In this document: piece by piece, positions 37,888-52,891 of the stretch
How positions within the stretch are numbered: the first letter of the stretch is position 1
Layout of the letters: every line of letters starts with the position of its first letter
Made by a program: the position numbers and the translations under genes
NCBI GenBank assembly: GCA_964016885.1
Contig: OZ024743.1
Span: 303,118,001 to 303,182,000, forward strand
DNA length: 64,000 nt
Origin: Eledone cirrhosa
Lineage: Eukaryota
Direction of reading: 5' to 3'
The notes under the pieces: model-generated
Seen by the model: only the letters and a program-made list of their open reading frames with translations
Database searches by the model: none
What the model was told of the DNA's origin: nothing

Positions 37888-40194
37888 TTGTTATCGTTTG
37901 TGTGTGTTTATATCTGTATATATACGGATGTTTGTATCTGGGGAAATAATAATCTTTTAATTTGCATGTCAATCTGTCTTAAAAAGCTTATACTCACATT
38001 TAGGCGACTTTGTCTACTTTAGTTGTATAAAATCATTGCTCTCTGTCTAATCATTATGGACACACATTTTAACCGACAATCAAACGTCACCAAAAGAAAA
38101 GGTAAAGCACAAAATAGAATAAGAATCATGAAATACAAAATAAATGTGGAACCACTCTAATAATGTAATTTTCCTCATCCCTTCCTCTCTATTAAAAACA
38201 ATCAAAAGAAAAAAGATAATGACTATCTGCAAAAATAATATAAAATGGAAAATTAATGCATTAGCACCAAAGAAAGCAGGACAACTGAAAACAACAACAA
38301 TGATGGTGTTGATAATTGAACAACTATGACGACGACGACGACGATGATGATGATGACGACGAGGACACGCATACCACTAATAATAATATACTTGAAAGCA
38401 GATGATGAAACAAACAATGAAAAATATAATACCAACATCTTTACAAAAATAAAGTAGCAATCGACAAACTAAAACAAATATATAATGGACTCCCTATCGT
38501 ACACGAAAAAGAAAAAAAAAGAATGACATCAAAATGCCATGCTAAATTTTACTTTTTCAAATAATTTCTGTTCACTGAAATGGTGGCGGTAACTAAGAAG
38601 CTTACGTGATTGATTTTATGAAATTGTGGCTTATAATTATTTATGTCGCTTTAGAGTTTCCGACTGTTTGAAAAAATATGGCGAATGCGATTATCTCATT
38701 TGTTAATAATTCATGAGAGTTGATTATTAGGAGTTGAAAGTTTCATAACATTTCTCATAGAATTATTTTACATTTAATTTCTAAGCTCAGTTTTATGGTA
38801 CACATATATTTAAGAAATGGATCTATAACTTTATTCAGGATGTCTAATCGAATATGGTGTATGAAATAAAATGTAGTTAGAAAACTACAATCTGTGACGC
38901 TATTAATCCTATCAAGTAATAAACACCAATCGACACAGCATCATAAACACCATGAGATTGTTTAATATTAAATAAATGAACAGTATTAATCGAGCATAAT
39001 TAATCGTAAGGGCAGCATTGATAACATGAGCAGCATTATAATCAGAAAGAGCATATTTCTTCAGTAATCATTGTTAAACAAGAAACCACAAGCTTTAGTG
39101 TTATACGAGACGTAATTGCAACCAGAAACAATGATAGCTGCATAATTCCAGGCTGCATAAAAGAGGTTAATCGAGAAGTATTGTCTAATACAGAAATGTT
39201 GTACACTGCGAACATTAAATGGCAAATAGTAGCGTGGAATTTTGAAGCCTGTAAAAATACAATACTAGCTGTTAATTTTATACACGCTAATCTAAACTAC
39301 TATAATATAATATATCATACAAAAATAGCCCCTAAGTACATACTCTCAATAATTCATACTTTTAAATGGTGTGAATTTGAAAAACAAAAACCAAAAAATA
39401 ATTGTATGCATTAATGGATTAAATTCAACTAGTTATTGTTTCTCGTATTACAAAATCTGCCTAAGATAACCATTATAGGTTTTAGTTAAGCAATAGGTGT
39501 GTTATTAGATTTTAGATATCGACCTTTAACAATCACACCTTTCTATCTTAAAGAATACGTATGGCGTATTGAGTTTCTATATAATTTGTGGGCAAACATA
39601 TTTGATGGGGTGTTTTAACAAAAGTGACTTTCATAGTCGATCTATTCGAACGGGATAGACATTGGACAATAAAGCAAACATTGAATTGTATATGCTATAC
39701 AAAGTATTCTTTTATTTTATAAAATATTACCTAATAATAATTCCGGCAATAATGATTTTTGATACTTGATTGAAAGCAATACATATTTCATACATGATTA
39801 ATACATTTCTAAAGCAAGGGAATATTCCTCCATATCTATGCTAATCACAAAACTATTTTCTTTTTATATTATGCGGTGTTATATAAGTAGTTATGATATT
39901 CCATATATATAATCGCAGTAAATATAAGAAACCCATACAAGAAAATATAAATGCACAAGCACACACGCACACACAAATACAGACACACACACACATTTGT
40001 GTGAGTGAGCCTGTGTGAGTGATTGCGCGTGTTTATGTGCAGTTACAGATGTGTGTTAATTTATCCATGTACCTGCGTATGTGATGGGTGTGTTAGTAAA
40101 GGAGTTGGTCTGTAGTTGGGTTTGGTTCGTGTGTATATACGTGTGGGAGTAGAATGGTGTTGAGTCTGGTGAATGCGCTGGCTAGGGCGAAAAT

Positions 40195-40740
40195 GTGGGG
40201 CGTTTAGACTGGGGGTGAGGAGTAAAGAATTGGATAGAAAAAAAAGATGTGCTGTTCCATACTGAGCCATGAGTAAGGTAGTCCAGTACAGGCGACAGGA
40301 CCGAAAATTGTCAGGTTGTTCATAGAGTGTAGGATGGAGGAGAAATGTTAGGCGATGGGGGTCGCGTTCACAATTCGGATGTCTCTGAGTTGTTCGCCAA
40401 ATCTGTCCGCCAAACGACGGCCAGTTTAGACAATATAGACGGTATTACATAATGTACACAGTATCTAATAAACGAGATTCCCTTGAGGTGTAGTGGAAGG
40501 TGTTTCTAACGTGAAGAGTTCGGCCGGGGGTGTCTGAGATGAAAGAACAAGTATAGAAGCAGGGAGTAGGCAGGACCAGATCACTAATCTTGGTTGAAAA
40601 TCAGCAGTATTGGTATTTTGTAGAACATTTCCTCATAGCGGTGAAGGATAAAACGCATAAAGAACCCAAAAGAAACACAGTTTAGACAGAATAGAACACA
40701 TATCAGAGCGGTCGTTGCCCGGGTCAACAAGGACCGGGTC
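40195..40740 (-). mobile_element. Penelope-like (Neptune/Poseidon-type) GIY-YIG fragment
   Basis: LCNTVYIV*TGRRLADRFGEQLRDIR..PIA*HFSS..HSMNNL..EQH..SLN. Confidence 0.7.
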
Positions 40741-40859
40741 TCTTAGGTAAGAATCAGTCTAGGTTGGAAAAGTATCTAGTTGAAACAAGCTATTCTCCAA
40801 ATATGGACTTCTGTGGTCACTTTAATGAAAATAATCTTAACCCAAGCCCTCAAAGTTCA

Positions 40860-42060
40860 TCTCCACAAGAAAAATCAAAAAAAAAATCAACGTATCAAAT
40901 GAACTCGAGAAGAGTATAAAGAAAAGATATACGCATTCTATCACACATTTAGCAACCATCGGAACCAAAACACGTAGTGAATTCTTTTAGGTTATGGAGA
41001 GAAAGAGATCTAGAAATGAGTCCAAACCTAGTCGAAAACAAACTTGCAAATCTCTATGAAGAGTTATTCTTAGCAACAATAGACTAACGGAGTCAGAGTC
41101 AACTGAAATTAAAAAGAATGTTGAAAAACATTTAGGAATACCAATATCATAATTTGATAGAAATGTATATGTAACACAAGAAACATCACAAAACGTATTG
41201 ACAATGTTGTCACTAGAAGAGATTCGACGTAACATTCAAAGCAGGTTGATGCTGAAGGACAGATTGACAATATGGATGTGAGTATTTCTACTCATGAACT
41301 TAATATTAGATAGATCAAACAAAGCAGGACATTTGCAATGAACTTCGAATTATCAAAAACATATTGAAAGGGGTGTCTTTGCAAAATTTCACAAGCGACA
41401 ACCACATAAGAACTGAAAATAAAGCTGTTATAGCCCTAATTGAAAAGATAAAGCCTGATATATCAGAATTGAAGGAGGATATTTATGCAGCAGTAAGGGT
41501 AATAGAAGTGAAATGTGAGTTACGGAAACAGCGAAAAAACATAGATCATTCACAAAAGCCGAATATACTAATTGATAAAAAGTTAAAACAATTAGCTCAG
41601 AAACATCGATCCTGGAGGAAATATAGCTGGGAAAACTGCTAAGTCATGCAAAGAAAGGAAAGTCATTAGAAATAAAAACAAACTTCAAAAACCTAATATT
41701 CCATTAATCAAAGAAATCCTGAAACAGAATGTACAGCTGTAACTTCAAGGAATCAGCAGATTTGAAACGCGAAATAGCTTCTACGTGCAAAATAATCTGT
41801 TTATGTAGATCAAACTCTCATCTCGTTTGCGTAACTCTGGGCTAAAGGTGAGTGTGGGCTTCATTTTGGCTGCACAAGACAGTATTTCAAATCGCAGCTT
41901 TCAATCCAATGTGATCAGGAATTGAATTCACTTAAACTGTCGATTCTGTGATAAGCATGTTGAGACCATGGAACACCTAGTTTAAGACGACAATATAAAA
42001 CGAGAAATATAAAATGAGGCATAATAATATGGGGCAATATTTACATTGGGTAATATGTAG
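40860..42060 (+). mobile_element. Highly decayed R4/Dong-type LINE (N-terminus plus C-terminal knuckle, RT deleted)
   Basis: YAFYH-like N-terminus; GFILAAQD and CRFCDKHVETMEHLV near 41850-41985. Confidence 0.55.
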
Positions 42061-42164
42061 GTTTTTTTTTCGGAAAAATCTGTATTTGGAACAATCTTTC
42101 TTCTCTTCCAGTTTTATAACCAATCATTTCTCGCCCATCATTATGTGATGAACACGAGCAAGGT

Positions 42165-42500
42165 TTATTTAGATGGTGAGAGTTGCAGGACGTCTAAATC
42201 CTTGGGTCAACTTCAAGACTCCCCCTTCTCTTCCTAAATTCAGCTGCCGATTTTTGCACAGCTGATAACCTGGGGCATCATGCTCTAATGTAGCAACCCT
42301 ATCATCATGGATGTCCTTTGGTCTAAATTCTTTTACTGCAGATACTTGATTACACAATAATGCAGAATATTTGTCCATTTTCAAGAGAATTCGCTTGTAG
42401 TTACATTTTATGTATTCTCTGAACACTTAGATGACAGTTGACCTGTAACAAAAATGATGTTATTAATAAGAAGAGTTGAAATTAATGTCACGGCTCTAGA
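42165..42500 (-). mobile_element. Mariner transposase N-terminal HTH fragment
   Basis: MDK..PKDIHDDRVATLEHDAP.Y; frameshifted AAEFRKRRGSLEVDPR..RPAT. Confidence 0.7.
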
Positions 42501-43347
42501 ATAACATTCATAATTAGCGTATGGAAACATTGCACAGTATACCATCGTAAAATAATTTCTCGCTTAATATCATTGTTTTTTTTTTTCGTCAAAATAACCC
42601 TTATGCAGGCAACTGTCCTTTGGAAGAATCGATGTAAACAACAAATGTTAATTAGGGATAGACGCATAATGAGTTGATAGGGGATATCAGTGTGTCTTCT
42701 TCATATATAAAATATAATTTTGTTATAAATAAATCAAACCTAAACCTACATAGTTTTCGTCCTCATCTCCTAAACGTGTATGAAAATGTCATAAAATAAA
42801 AAGTAATTGTATAATAATTTGTTGTTCTTCCCTAATGTATAATATAAAACCATTGCGTCTTAATGATTTTCAACCCACAGTACATGAGCGGTTACACCAA
42901 ACAAGGATGATGATGATATAAGGGTGGTAATTTGTGTCTCTTGAATTGTTGTCAATTCGGATTTAATTCTACAACATTGTGGAATAACATTGTTTATTAA
43001 CATTTACGAAGAAAATAATACGTTCCCCTATATTCATCAAATTTCGTTTATTGTTTTCGTAATCATTTTTTTTTTAAATATCAAGATAAATATACATCGT
43101 ATTTTAAATACAATTGAAATATCACCAGAGCTTTATAATGCTTTCAGCAAATATTGCAAGCAATATATCGTGATATCGTTGCATAGAATTCAAGCGATAT
43201 ATTCTAAAAGTGTCTAAGTTGAATGACTGTAACTAGAGAGAGAGTGATTGATATGCATGGAGACAGTTTCATAGACAGGTAGAAAGAAGAGAGTTCTGTA
43301 ATTTCCTCTTGAAAGAGAATTTGAGTATTCCATTCATTATATACAAC

Positions 43348-43525
43348 GGCAGTATCGGTAGAGGGTCGGTCGCCATGCTTTCCAGCATAGTTACGTCATT
43401 TTACGATCTGAGTTCAAATCCCGCCGAGGTTGACTTTGCCTTTCATCCTTGCGGGGTCGATAAAATAAAGTACCAGTGATGCACTGGCATATTGCTTGCC
43501 TTGTGCCTAAAGTAGAAACAATTAT
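43348..43525 (+). mobile_element. tRNA-derived SINE
   Basis: Match to the main family; ATTATATACAA repeated on both sides (likely target-site duplication). Confidence 0.85.
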
Positions 43526-45359
43526 ATACAATGAGACAAAATATAAGGAAACGCCGAAGGAATTAAATGTTTAAAATTTTAAAAACATTCTCTTCGATAT
43601 TAACTCAGAAATTATGTAGATTACAATAAATAATCAAAAGTGGCTGTAATATGAAATTAACGTTTTCGCTTAATTTTCTTTTTCTATTTAATTGAGTCCT
43701 TATAAATGTTCAAATAATTGTTGTGTGTTCAGAATCTCATTCTATTCTAGTCGTAAGATACACAAACAATTACCGTTTAAGTAGCCCGCTCATGCACACA
43801 GACGCACACGCAAACAAATATGTATGTATACATATATGTGAGTGTGTGTATATGTGCGACAAAGTGTACTTGTATTCGTGCTCGTGATTATGTCAGTATG
43901 TGTTATGAGTGTGGGTGTGTTTCTTGTGTATTATTAGGGATATATATATATAAATGTAGCGCTACAAACCATCTACAATTGTTAGTTCCTTTGAAATTCA
44001 AAAATTCGTTTTTATATATTTTATCTGGATATACATCTATGAAATTTCTAATCGAAACACATAATTATATTAACCTCTATTCCTTCTATTTCTTCTCTTC
44101 TTTTGAAATAAAGTTGGGTAATATTATGATGTTTAATATATGTTGTTTATTATATTAAGATACCGTAAACAATTGGGAACGTTTGCATTCGAACTGTTTG
44201 CCCGGCAATCACGATTATTACGGGGTTTTAAAGATCAACGTACCAAAAGGAATCGCCAACGACTTTTGGAATTTATATTTTCGCGCCAATTTCCTAACAT
44301 TAATAAAATGTTTGTAGAATGTTTCTCCAGATGGCCTTTGTCTTTTGTATCAGTTCTCTAGAAGTATATGTAGATTTCTAGAAATATATGTACACTTGAA
44401 GCCAGCCCTGCGTAAATTAGCTAGAGAGCAAATTAACTTACTGTGGGGTGTCAGCGCTGCATAACTTAGTTAGTGTAAACTGAACGATATAAAACAATAC
44501 TTGAATCCTAGTTGATATAAATATACGACCTAACAATCACTCATTGGAGAGAGGAAAATAATAGGAGAGAGGAAAAAGTTGGATTTCAGGAGAAAAAGAT
44601 GGCAGTGCTATGCCACCAAGGAGAGAGTTTTACAGTTATGGGTCGCAACACTCAATGAACTTTGGACAACCTCTGGTGTCGTCAACATCTCCTGGCGATG
44701 TTCACCGAAAACCACTGAATGCCAAGTATTAATTATGTCTCTCCCTTTATATATGTATATATATATAATTGGAAATCAGTAAAATCGAATCTCTGGGGGT
44801 TTGCAAATAAATTCGGCCTACTTATATATATATATATATATATTTATACATATATATACATATATGTATGTATATGGGTGTGTGTGTATGAACGTATGAG
44901 TGTTTGTGGATGTTTGTGTGTAAGTGTCTGTGTTCCTAGATTGTTGCTATCTAGCTTTGGTGAAACGAAGCTACATTTAATTATATAGCTGTTAAAATAT
45001 TATTTTGATATATTACGAGAATGTTATTCCCACATATTATATGGCACTTTATAAAGGTATGCACTCAGAATTAATTATACATGGGTATAGGTTTGTAATG
45101 AATGTGCGCACACGCATACATACATACTACATACCCACATACCCATGGGAAATAAATATCATTTCACCTAGTTCTATTTCTCTTCTTTTCGGAAGAGTGG
45201 ATGCATATCGATGTAGGTAAAGTGAGATCTTTCATTGGATCTTTTTCCATGAGTAGCTTTAATTAAATATGGAGACATACCTTTGGTTCACTAACTGTGA
45301 ACATTGGAACTTAATGTTTTTGTCCCAGATTATATTTTATTGGTAGCAGCTTGTTATAA

Positions 45360-45900
45360 ATTTTAGCATCGTTTCAATATTGTTGGGTGTTGCTGGAAAC
45401 AATCTGGTACATGCAACCAGTTGTCAGGGATATTTGTGAATGCTAATGTTTCGGCACAATATATTAGAACGTTCTCTGATGTCGCTCTGAAGAGTGTAAC
45501 ATTCAGGTCTCGATATAGATATGGTTTTTCTAATGAAACTGTTTTTTTAGATGAAAAATATTCTGCCATCCAGCCCCAAAAATACTTGACCTCTTTTACA
45601 TGTTTAAGCGTATTAACTATTAAGGAATGTATTGATGTTTGCTCGAGAGGGCGTAAGAGAGATGAGCTCATATTTGGTCTCAGTTATGTGTTGAGAAATT
45701 CGCACATCTGTATATTCAACTTCTTTAAAGTTTAATCAGCCTTCTTTAGCGTGGTACATTACCATCATGGTATCATCTGCACAATCTGAATCTCCCTCTT
45801 TTCGGGGTTGAATCTTTGATCCACACGAATTTGTGAGAGAGATTCCGGTAGAGTACTCAGCTGTGTAACTTCTAATAGGAGAATACAATGCTATACGGTT
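45360..45900 (-). mobile_element. Decayed RTE-type LINE RT fragment
   Basis: DCADD; YLYRDLNVTLFRATSENVLIYCAETL parallels the 56.3-57.0 kb fragment. Confidence 0.55.
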
Positions 45901-46310
45901 TAGGGCTCCAGATGGTTTCTTCCGACAACTATGGAAGTATTTCATTTCAAAAACCACTGTCTCTCACGTTCTTAGTTGAATACTTGAGCTATTGATTCCT
46001 CATAAAGTATCGTATATGGCATTCATAACACCGTGAAACATATGTTTTGTCCCCCCGTTTCTAAGTGTCATTTCCTGGTTTGTTGTATCCCATTATTATG
46101 AAAAAACACTATTATTTAATCAGAAGTTTGGGTTTGTTGTCAGGAGTTTCACATTTAGACATTTTAATTATTTTCAAGAAAAAACACATTTTTTTTAAAT
46201 TTATCAGTTCATATAATTAAATCAACAGAGTATATATTTATTTTATTACACAAGCTTATCAAAAGCAAACAAGTAAAAACAAATAACACTTACAAAGCAA
46301 CTTATACACT

Positions 46311-47762
46311 TCAGAAATGACTGGATTTCCTGGATTTGCTGTTGCTGTCCAGGTCGCATTCCCGCACTAGCCCCCAGATATAGTCCCCCATCAATTCTTC
46401 ATTGCAGTGGCCCTGGTACCTCCGCTCTACCTCTTTCACATCTTGGTCGAATCGTTTGCCTTGTTCTTCAGAGTAGGCGGCCATATTGTCCTTGAATTTT
46501 TCCAGGTGAGCGTCCAGCATATGGAGTTTAAGCTACATCCTGCATCCCATGACGCCAAAAGCCTTTATCAGATCCTGCACCAGTTGCTCGTATTTTCTGA
46601 TCTGTAGTTGCCCAGGAAGCCCTTAACAACTGCCTTGAAACAGTTCCATGTTGTTCTCTCAATCCTATTGAGCTTATTGGAGAACTCGGTAGACTCAACC
46701 ACCTTTTTATCTGAGGTCCAACAAAAATTCCATCTTTGATTTTGGCCTCAGATAACTTTGGGAAGAACTCAAGAAGGTACTTAAAAGCGTCTGATTATTG
46801 GTTGAGAGCCTTCACAAACTGCTTCATCAACCCCAACTTAATGTGCAGTGGCGGCATGATCACAATCCTGGGATCAACCAGTGGCTCCCACATGACGTTC
46901 CGGTCCCAACTACAAATTATGTTTGCTGCTCCCAGGTCTTACTTTTGTAGTGGTCAGAGGTGGCTCTGCTGTCCCAAAGGCAGAGGAAGCATTAGAATTT
47001 GATAAAGCCTTCTGGGAGTCCAAGCAGGAAAGCCACCACCTTGAAGTCTCCAATGATTTCCCAATTGTACTGGTTGTATTACTGAGCTTCCAGTGGGACT
47101 TTCACACTGTAGTAATCTTCCTTCGGGCAGACTGAATGAGCTAGGGGCAGTGTCGGGAACTTATTTCCATTGTGGAGGAGGACAGCTTTCAAACTTGTGG
47201 TGGAACTGTCTTTAAATAGCCTTGGACACAAACGGCACCCCAATAACGTCAAACAGTTCAGGCACGTCATGGAAGACGCAGAGGCCATCCCTAAGTGTGT
47301 AAAAGCCTGAGAAAGATTCGTGTCGACTTCTCTGATTTGTCACCTGCACTTCCTCCTTGACCAAGTTCCACTGCTTCATCCCGGAGACGAATGCTTAAAA
47401 CACAACTTACCCTTTATTCATGGTGCAAAAATCCAGTATCAATAAATTTCTTTAATCCACTTTTTAACAATTTTAAACTTTATTGCACTTTTATAATTTT
47501 CTTTAGGTATTACTCTTTATTTTATAATTTTAATTTAACCTGAAACATATATTAAAAAAATCATTTAACATAAGCAAATTAAACTTACATACAACGTAAA
47601 ATCCAGCATACATATAATTCTAGTGAATAGCTTAGAATTGTTTACAAACCCAAACGTTTAACTGTTTAATACCACTTTTCTTATTTATTTGGGACCTAAG
47701 CAACACAAAAAAGTAATTACAAGCCAGGAACAGAGAAAACACTTTTTTTTTGTCACACAGTG
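46311..47762 (-). mobile_element. Chapaev3-like (CMC) DNA transposon, disrupted
   Basis: RLFKDSSTTSLKAVLLHNGN, MPPLHIKLGLMKQFVKAL, FPKLSEAKIK.G.FVGPQ, SEEQGKRF.QDV..VERRYQG..MGDYIWGL; CACTG terminus at 47762. Confidence 0.75.
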
Positions 47763-48401
47763 TAATTTTAGCTAGGATAACACGTATTTCAAGAACACAA
47801 ATCTGTTCAGCTATCACAGATAGAAGACATGTTTGATTTATTTAAATATGAAATGTTATGTAAGGTTTGTTAGAGTAATCCAGAGGGCAAAGGAAAAAAA
47901 ATTGAAGTTATCGTGTTCCGTTAAAATGTATATAAATTAAACGCTACGTTCAAAATATATAGATTTGTATATTATACGAATATTCAAAAATAATTAACCG
48001 TATACAAACAATTTTGATTTGTTGCACTTAAAAGAATTATATTGATCTGCCACCTTAAACCACCTCAATTCATTTAATCTAACAGTAAGTAATAAATAAG
48101 ACATTCGAGGAAACATTTAATAATTGTAGAAATGAAATATTCATTGACAGAGTATTGTAATGCACTGACACATTATGTGGAAAGCGAGAGTTCCTTGAGT
48201 GAATGTTGTCTCATCGATTCATAGTCGTGGTTATTGAAATAGCAAAGGAAGCTTTTCAGTTTCGATCATACTGCTTAAAATGTCACTTTTTTCAGTCTGT
48301 ATACTGTTATTGTGGAAATGAAAAGAAGGTTTGTTTTTGTTTTGCTTATATATTATATTATTCCATTCACCCTTATCCTAACAAGTTACCCATTTATCGA
48401 G

Positions 48402-49380
48402 TCTTCTTCTTCTTCTTCTTCTTCTTCTTCTTCTTCCTAAGAGTGCCATGGGGAAAAGTCCTCAAACACTCCGTCCAGTGGGTCATGTCAGATGCAACTG
48501 TGTCCAATTTATCCCGCTGTGTCCCAAGCGAGATCAACTAATCTGATGGAGGTTATTCAACCGACTTGCGTAGGTTCTACCCTTGGTCCTCTGCCGGTTT
48601 ATTTTTGCACGTATAATGTGTCTAGCGATTCGTCCCTGATATATTCTAACCACAAGCCCATATTATCGGAGCTGTCATCTCTTAATTCGGAGAAGTATCA
48701 GCTCTACCTTGAGTGACACTCTGCTCTCCAAACGACGCACTCTCTCAAGTAATATTGCTCCAAATAACCTTTCGGCGGAACCCCATTTCGACCGTTTCTA
48801 CTTACTATCGTATTCCTTCGGTTATTAGTCATTATTCATGCGTATAGATAAGGGTTAACACGAATACCGAATTGAAGATACCATGTTTGGCTTTTACATC
48901 TATCTCAACTCTTCTGATTGCCGATGCAGAATCTGACGCATTACTGCATCAGTTCCTGCAATGTTCGCACTTAATTCAGTCCCCTACCTTCCATCACACA
49001 TAAACACGTCCACAAAATACTTGAACTTCCTCACCTGCTTCAGTGGAACTCCATTCAGATGTGGAGTGTAATAGGCAGGTACAAGCTTTCTTGAGGGAAC
49101 GATTGTCCGTTTTTGCAGCACTTATTTTCATTCCAGCCATGCAGCATACGGCAACCATCCTATCAATCAAAATCGGAGATCACCTTCTGCAGAGTTAAGT
49201 AACCTCGATGTCGTCTGCAAATTCAATCTGAATGATTTTACACCTGCTAGCCGTAATATCATTTCCAACACGGCTGTGCATGTCAATCCTGTTTATGAAA
49301 GTAATGAGCAGGAATGAGGTGAGTACACTCCCTTGGTTGAGTCTGACTCCCACCTTGAATGGATGGAGTTGTCTAAGTTA
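48402..49380 (-). mobile_element. RTE-clade LINE 3' portion with (GAA)n tail
   Basis: QGSVLT, EFADD, NGVPLKQVRKFKY; (TTC)n at 48402-48436 on the plus strand. Confidence 0.7.
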
Positions 49381-49678
49381 ACACAACTAAGTATTGTTTG
49401 CACGCATGATCCTTGTTTGACTTGCACAGAATTCGGTACCAATGTTTTCCGAAAAAATCCTTAGCTTTAATATATGTGCACTAAGTAATTAATCATGAAG
49501 TTGGACAAGACCTAATTCTATTTCTTTCTGAAATAAAATACACTACTTTGCAAAGCAGTAATAGTCCACCCAAACATTGTTTAGAGGGTTCTAAACCCCA
49601 CTCACTATATGATAGAATTTCTTTAGTCAAACATATGGCGAGGGCTTCCATTTCTAATATATATATATACACGCCCTT

Positions 49679-49946
<268 letters not shown>

Positions 49947-49949
49947 GAA

Positions 49950-50085
49950 TGCGTGTGGCTGAGTGGTTAGAGAATTGGATTCCCAATCGTAAGGTTGTGA
50001 GTTCGATTCCTGGACGATGCGTTATATTCGATTCCTGGACGATGCGTTATGTCCTTGAGTAAGACACCTTATTTCACATTGCTTC
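49950..50085 (+). mobile_element. Second tRNA-derived SINE family (5' part) with internal duplication
   Basis: A box TGGCTGAGTGG, B box GAGTTCGATTCC, duplicated TTCGATTCCTGGACGATGCGTTAT, then GTCCTTGAGTAAGACAC. Confidence 0.75.
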
Positions 50086-51135
50086 CTGGAGTTGCGACCG
50101 ATAGATAGTATTAGCAATTGGAAAGACCAACGGAAACATTCTTCCCTCGGTCCGATTTGTCAAAGGTCGATCGTTCCATTATATATATATATATATATAT
50201 AAATAAAGATTCAGCGAGAATCGCATATTCGGCGGGCAGGAAAATACGAAGCGAAACGCAAAAATCAGAAATGATACTGGCAAACTGCTCAATATTTACA
50301 AACCAGAGCTAAAGAATGTCTTAATAAGCCATACAAAACTGAAAAGGTGGTCAAGAAGGCATTAACCACCCAAGTCAAAAACCAAATCAAGCTAAACAGG
50401 TCAAATCAAAATAAATGATAACAAATAAATGACAACCAGACCTTGACTCCCGGAATTGCTGTTAAAATCCGATGTAGAGTTTCTGTGACACCTAAATCAA
50501 AATACAGTCTGCTTAAAAATAACCTTTGTGTATAACGATCGAACAAGGAATATCACGTTATCAACAGGTATTTCGCTCTGTACGAAATAAGTGAATGACA
50601 CGGTGGTAAGTTAAAACACGTGTGGAAATCACAAGGGGAATAATCCCAGATTTTGGCAAAGTAATTCAGTTGGTGCAAATCATGCTAAATAGCACAAATC
50701 GAATATGTTCTCAACCGAATAGTTTAAAATAAACTTATACAATTAATCTGCCGATAGAAATTATTACCAAGTTAATTGTAAGCCACGGGAGATTAATACA
50801 AATAAAGATTCAGCGAGAATCGCATGTTCGGCGGGCATATATACATATATATATGGGATAACAAGTTATCGTTATGGTAATCCACTTAAAGGTAGTCCAG
50901 TTAGAATACTCCGTGTTGTGGATGGTTTTAACATGTGGCTTAGTTTGACGCTTCCATAGTGATGCAGCGAGTTCGCGGTAATTTCCATGTAGGTTATACT
51001 TGGAGTAATAATAATTAAAGAAAGAAGCGTACATGGTTGGCAATTGGTTGGCAAAGTGCAGACAATTCTTTCGTTGATCTGTTAGGTCTAGAGCTCGCTA
51101 GTCGTTGATGTTGCGTCAATGGATCTCCAATACTT

Positions 51136-52458
51136 TGTTTACAACCATTCAATACATCAAAGAGAAGTGGATATGAGAATAATACGCAAGGCATGGATTT
51201 TATAGAAAAGAGGTGTTAGACAACAACAATAACTTCAGTAACAAAATATCTAGAGGGTGAATAATTAAAACAATAACATCAATACTAGTAAGAAATAGAA
51301 CATAATGATAAAACAGAGATGAAACATATGTATGAAATGACATGTGAAACCTATCATAGGGTACATTAGAAGAAGTATTAGTAGTAAAGGGATGAATTAA
51401 CGTAGATGAAGGGATAAACAATAAAATGTACTTAGAGTCAGATTTTGGAATCTACACTTTAAGTGCAATTATGAGAGATTTAGATACAATTGAGCTGTGG
51501 GTCTGAAACACGAACAACAATAAAACAGAGATTGATTTATTGTTTGACAGATAAGTGCTTGTAGTAGGTATTTTCTCTTGTTGTATCAACTTAGTGAGAT
51601 TGATGGAGGGAGTGTATAGAGATTTACGGTTCTATGGTAGCTGGTATTAAGCGAAATTGTTGATTCAGTATGTTAAGGTTTAGGTGGTTTATTATAAATG
51701 TTGGGATTGCTAGTTGGAATCATGAGGGTTTACTTTTCGCAAAATCAATAACAAAACAGCGTATAATTAAGACAATAGCATCAACAATAAAATATGAATG
51801 GCAAGTAGATAGAAATCATAACGAATAAAATCAGGGATAGGGTACATGATGATGATAATAATAATAAGAAGAAGACAATAAGAATTTCAAAGGAGTGTAA
51901 GAGTAATAAGATAATGTGCTTAGAATAAAGTTCATCTGTTAGAGTTCATGGGTGCTGATATGACATATGTAGATATAATGGTGTGGTCCGAAAGAATAAA
52001 CAACAGCAAAGATGAGATTGATTTATGGGCTGACAAGATGATTGATACATGTTTGTAGACATTCCTGTCCTATCTTGGTGGTATAGATGTAGGGAGGCTG
52101 GAAGCTGTTTACAGAAGTTTATGGTTCTGAAGTTGGCTGTGTGAGAATGCCGATTTCATATGTTAAAGTCTAAGTGGTTTTCCATTAATTTAGCGAATGT
52201 TGGTTCGAATCACGATGGGTTAACTATTGTACCCTATGATATGTTTCACATGACACTTCATACATCTGTATCATCTCTGTTTGTTTGCCATGCTTGTTTT
52301 ATCATTATGTTCTTACTAGTATTGATGTTGTTGTTTTAATTATTCACTATCTAGATATTTTGTTATTGTTCTGGTCGAACACCACTCTTCTATAAAAGCC
52401 ATGCCTTGCGTATTATAATCATATCCACATGTTCTGATGTATTGACTGGTTGTAAACG
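51136..52458. repeat. Old composite repeat: inverted arms of about 230 bp enclosing a diverged direct repeat
   Basis: 51136-51365 inverted relative to 52228-52458; about 51495-51735 similar to about 51982-52222. Confidence 0.7.
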
Positions 52459-52797
52459 AAGTATAAATCAAAGTGCAAATACGTACCTTGATAACTATCA
52501 AATACACACGTACAAATCTAACAGTATCTGTTTCACCAATTAATTTGTAGACAGAAATGATTAGTCAAGGGTTCATCAACATGTGTAAGGCTATACATTT
52601 CACACAACACTAAAATAATCTAAAGCGACCGTCCAACCACACGTGTGGCTGGACGTTCACTTTAGATTCCTGTTGATTTATCAAGAATGAAACAGTTCTA
52701 GTCCGGTAGAATCTCATCTATATTAAAACTGTTATACTCTGCTATGTATTGAGTACCTTACTTAATGTGGTCACTTCTGATTCAACCCGGAATAACT

Positions 52798-52891
<94 letters not shown>

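Noticed and set aside
44140-44540. Possible solo LTR (TG...CA)
   Set aside because: No target-site duplication, primer-binding site or second copy visible
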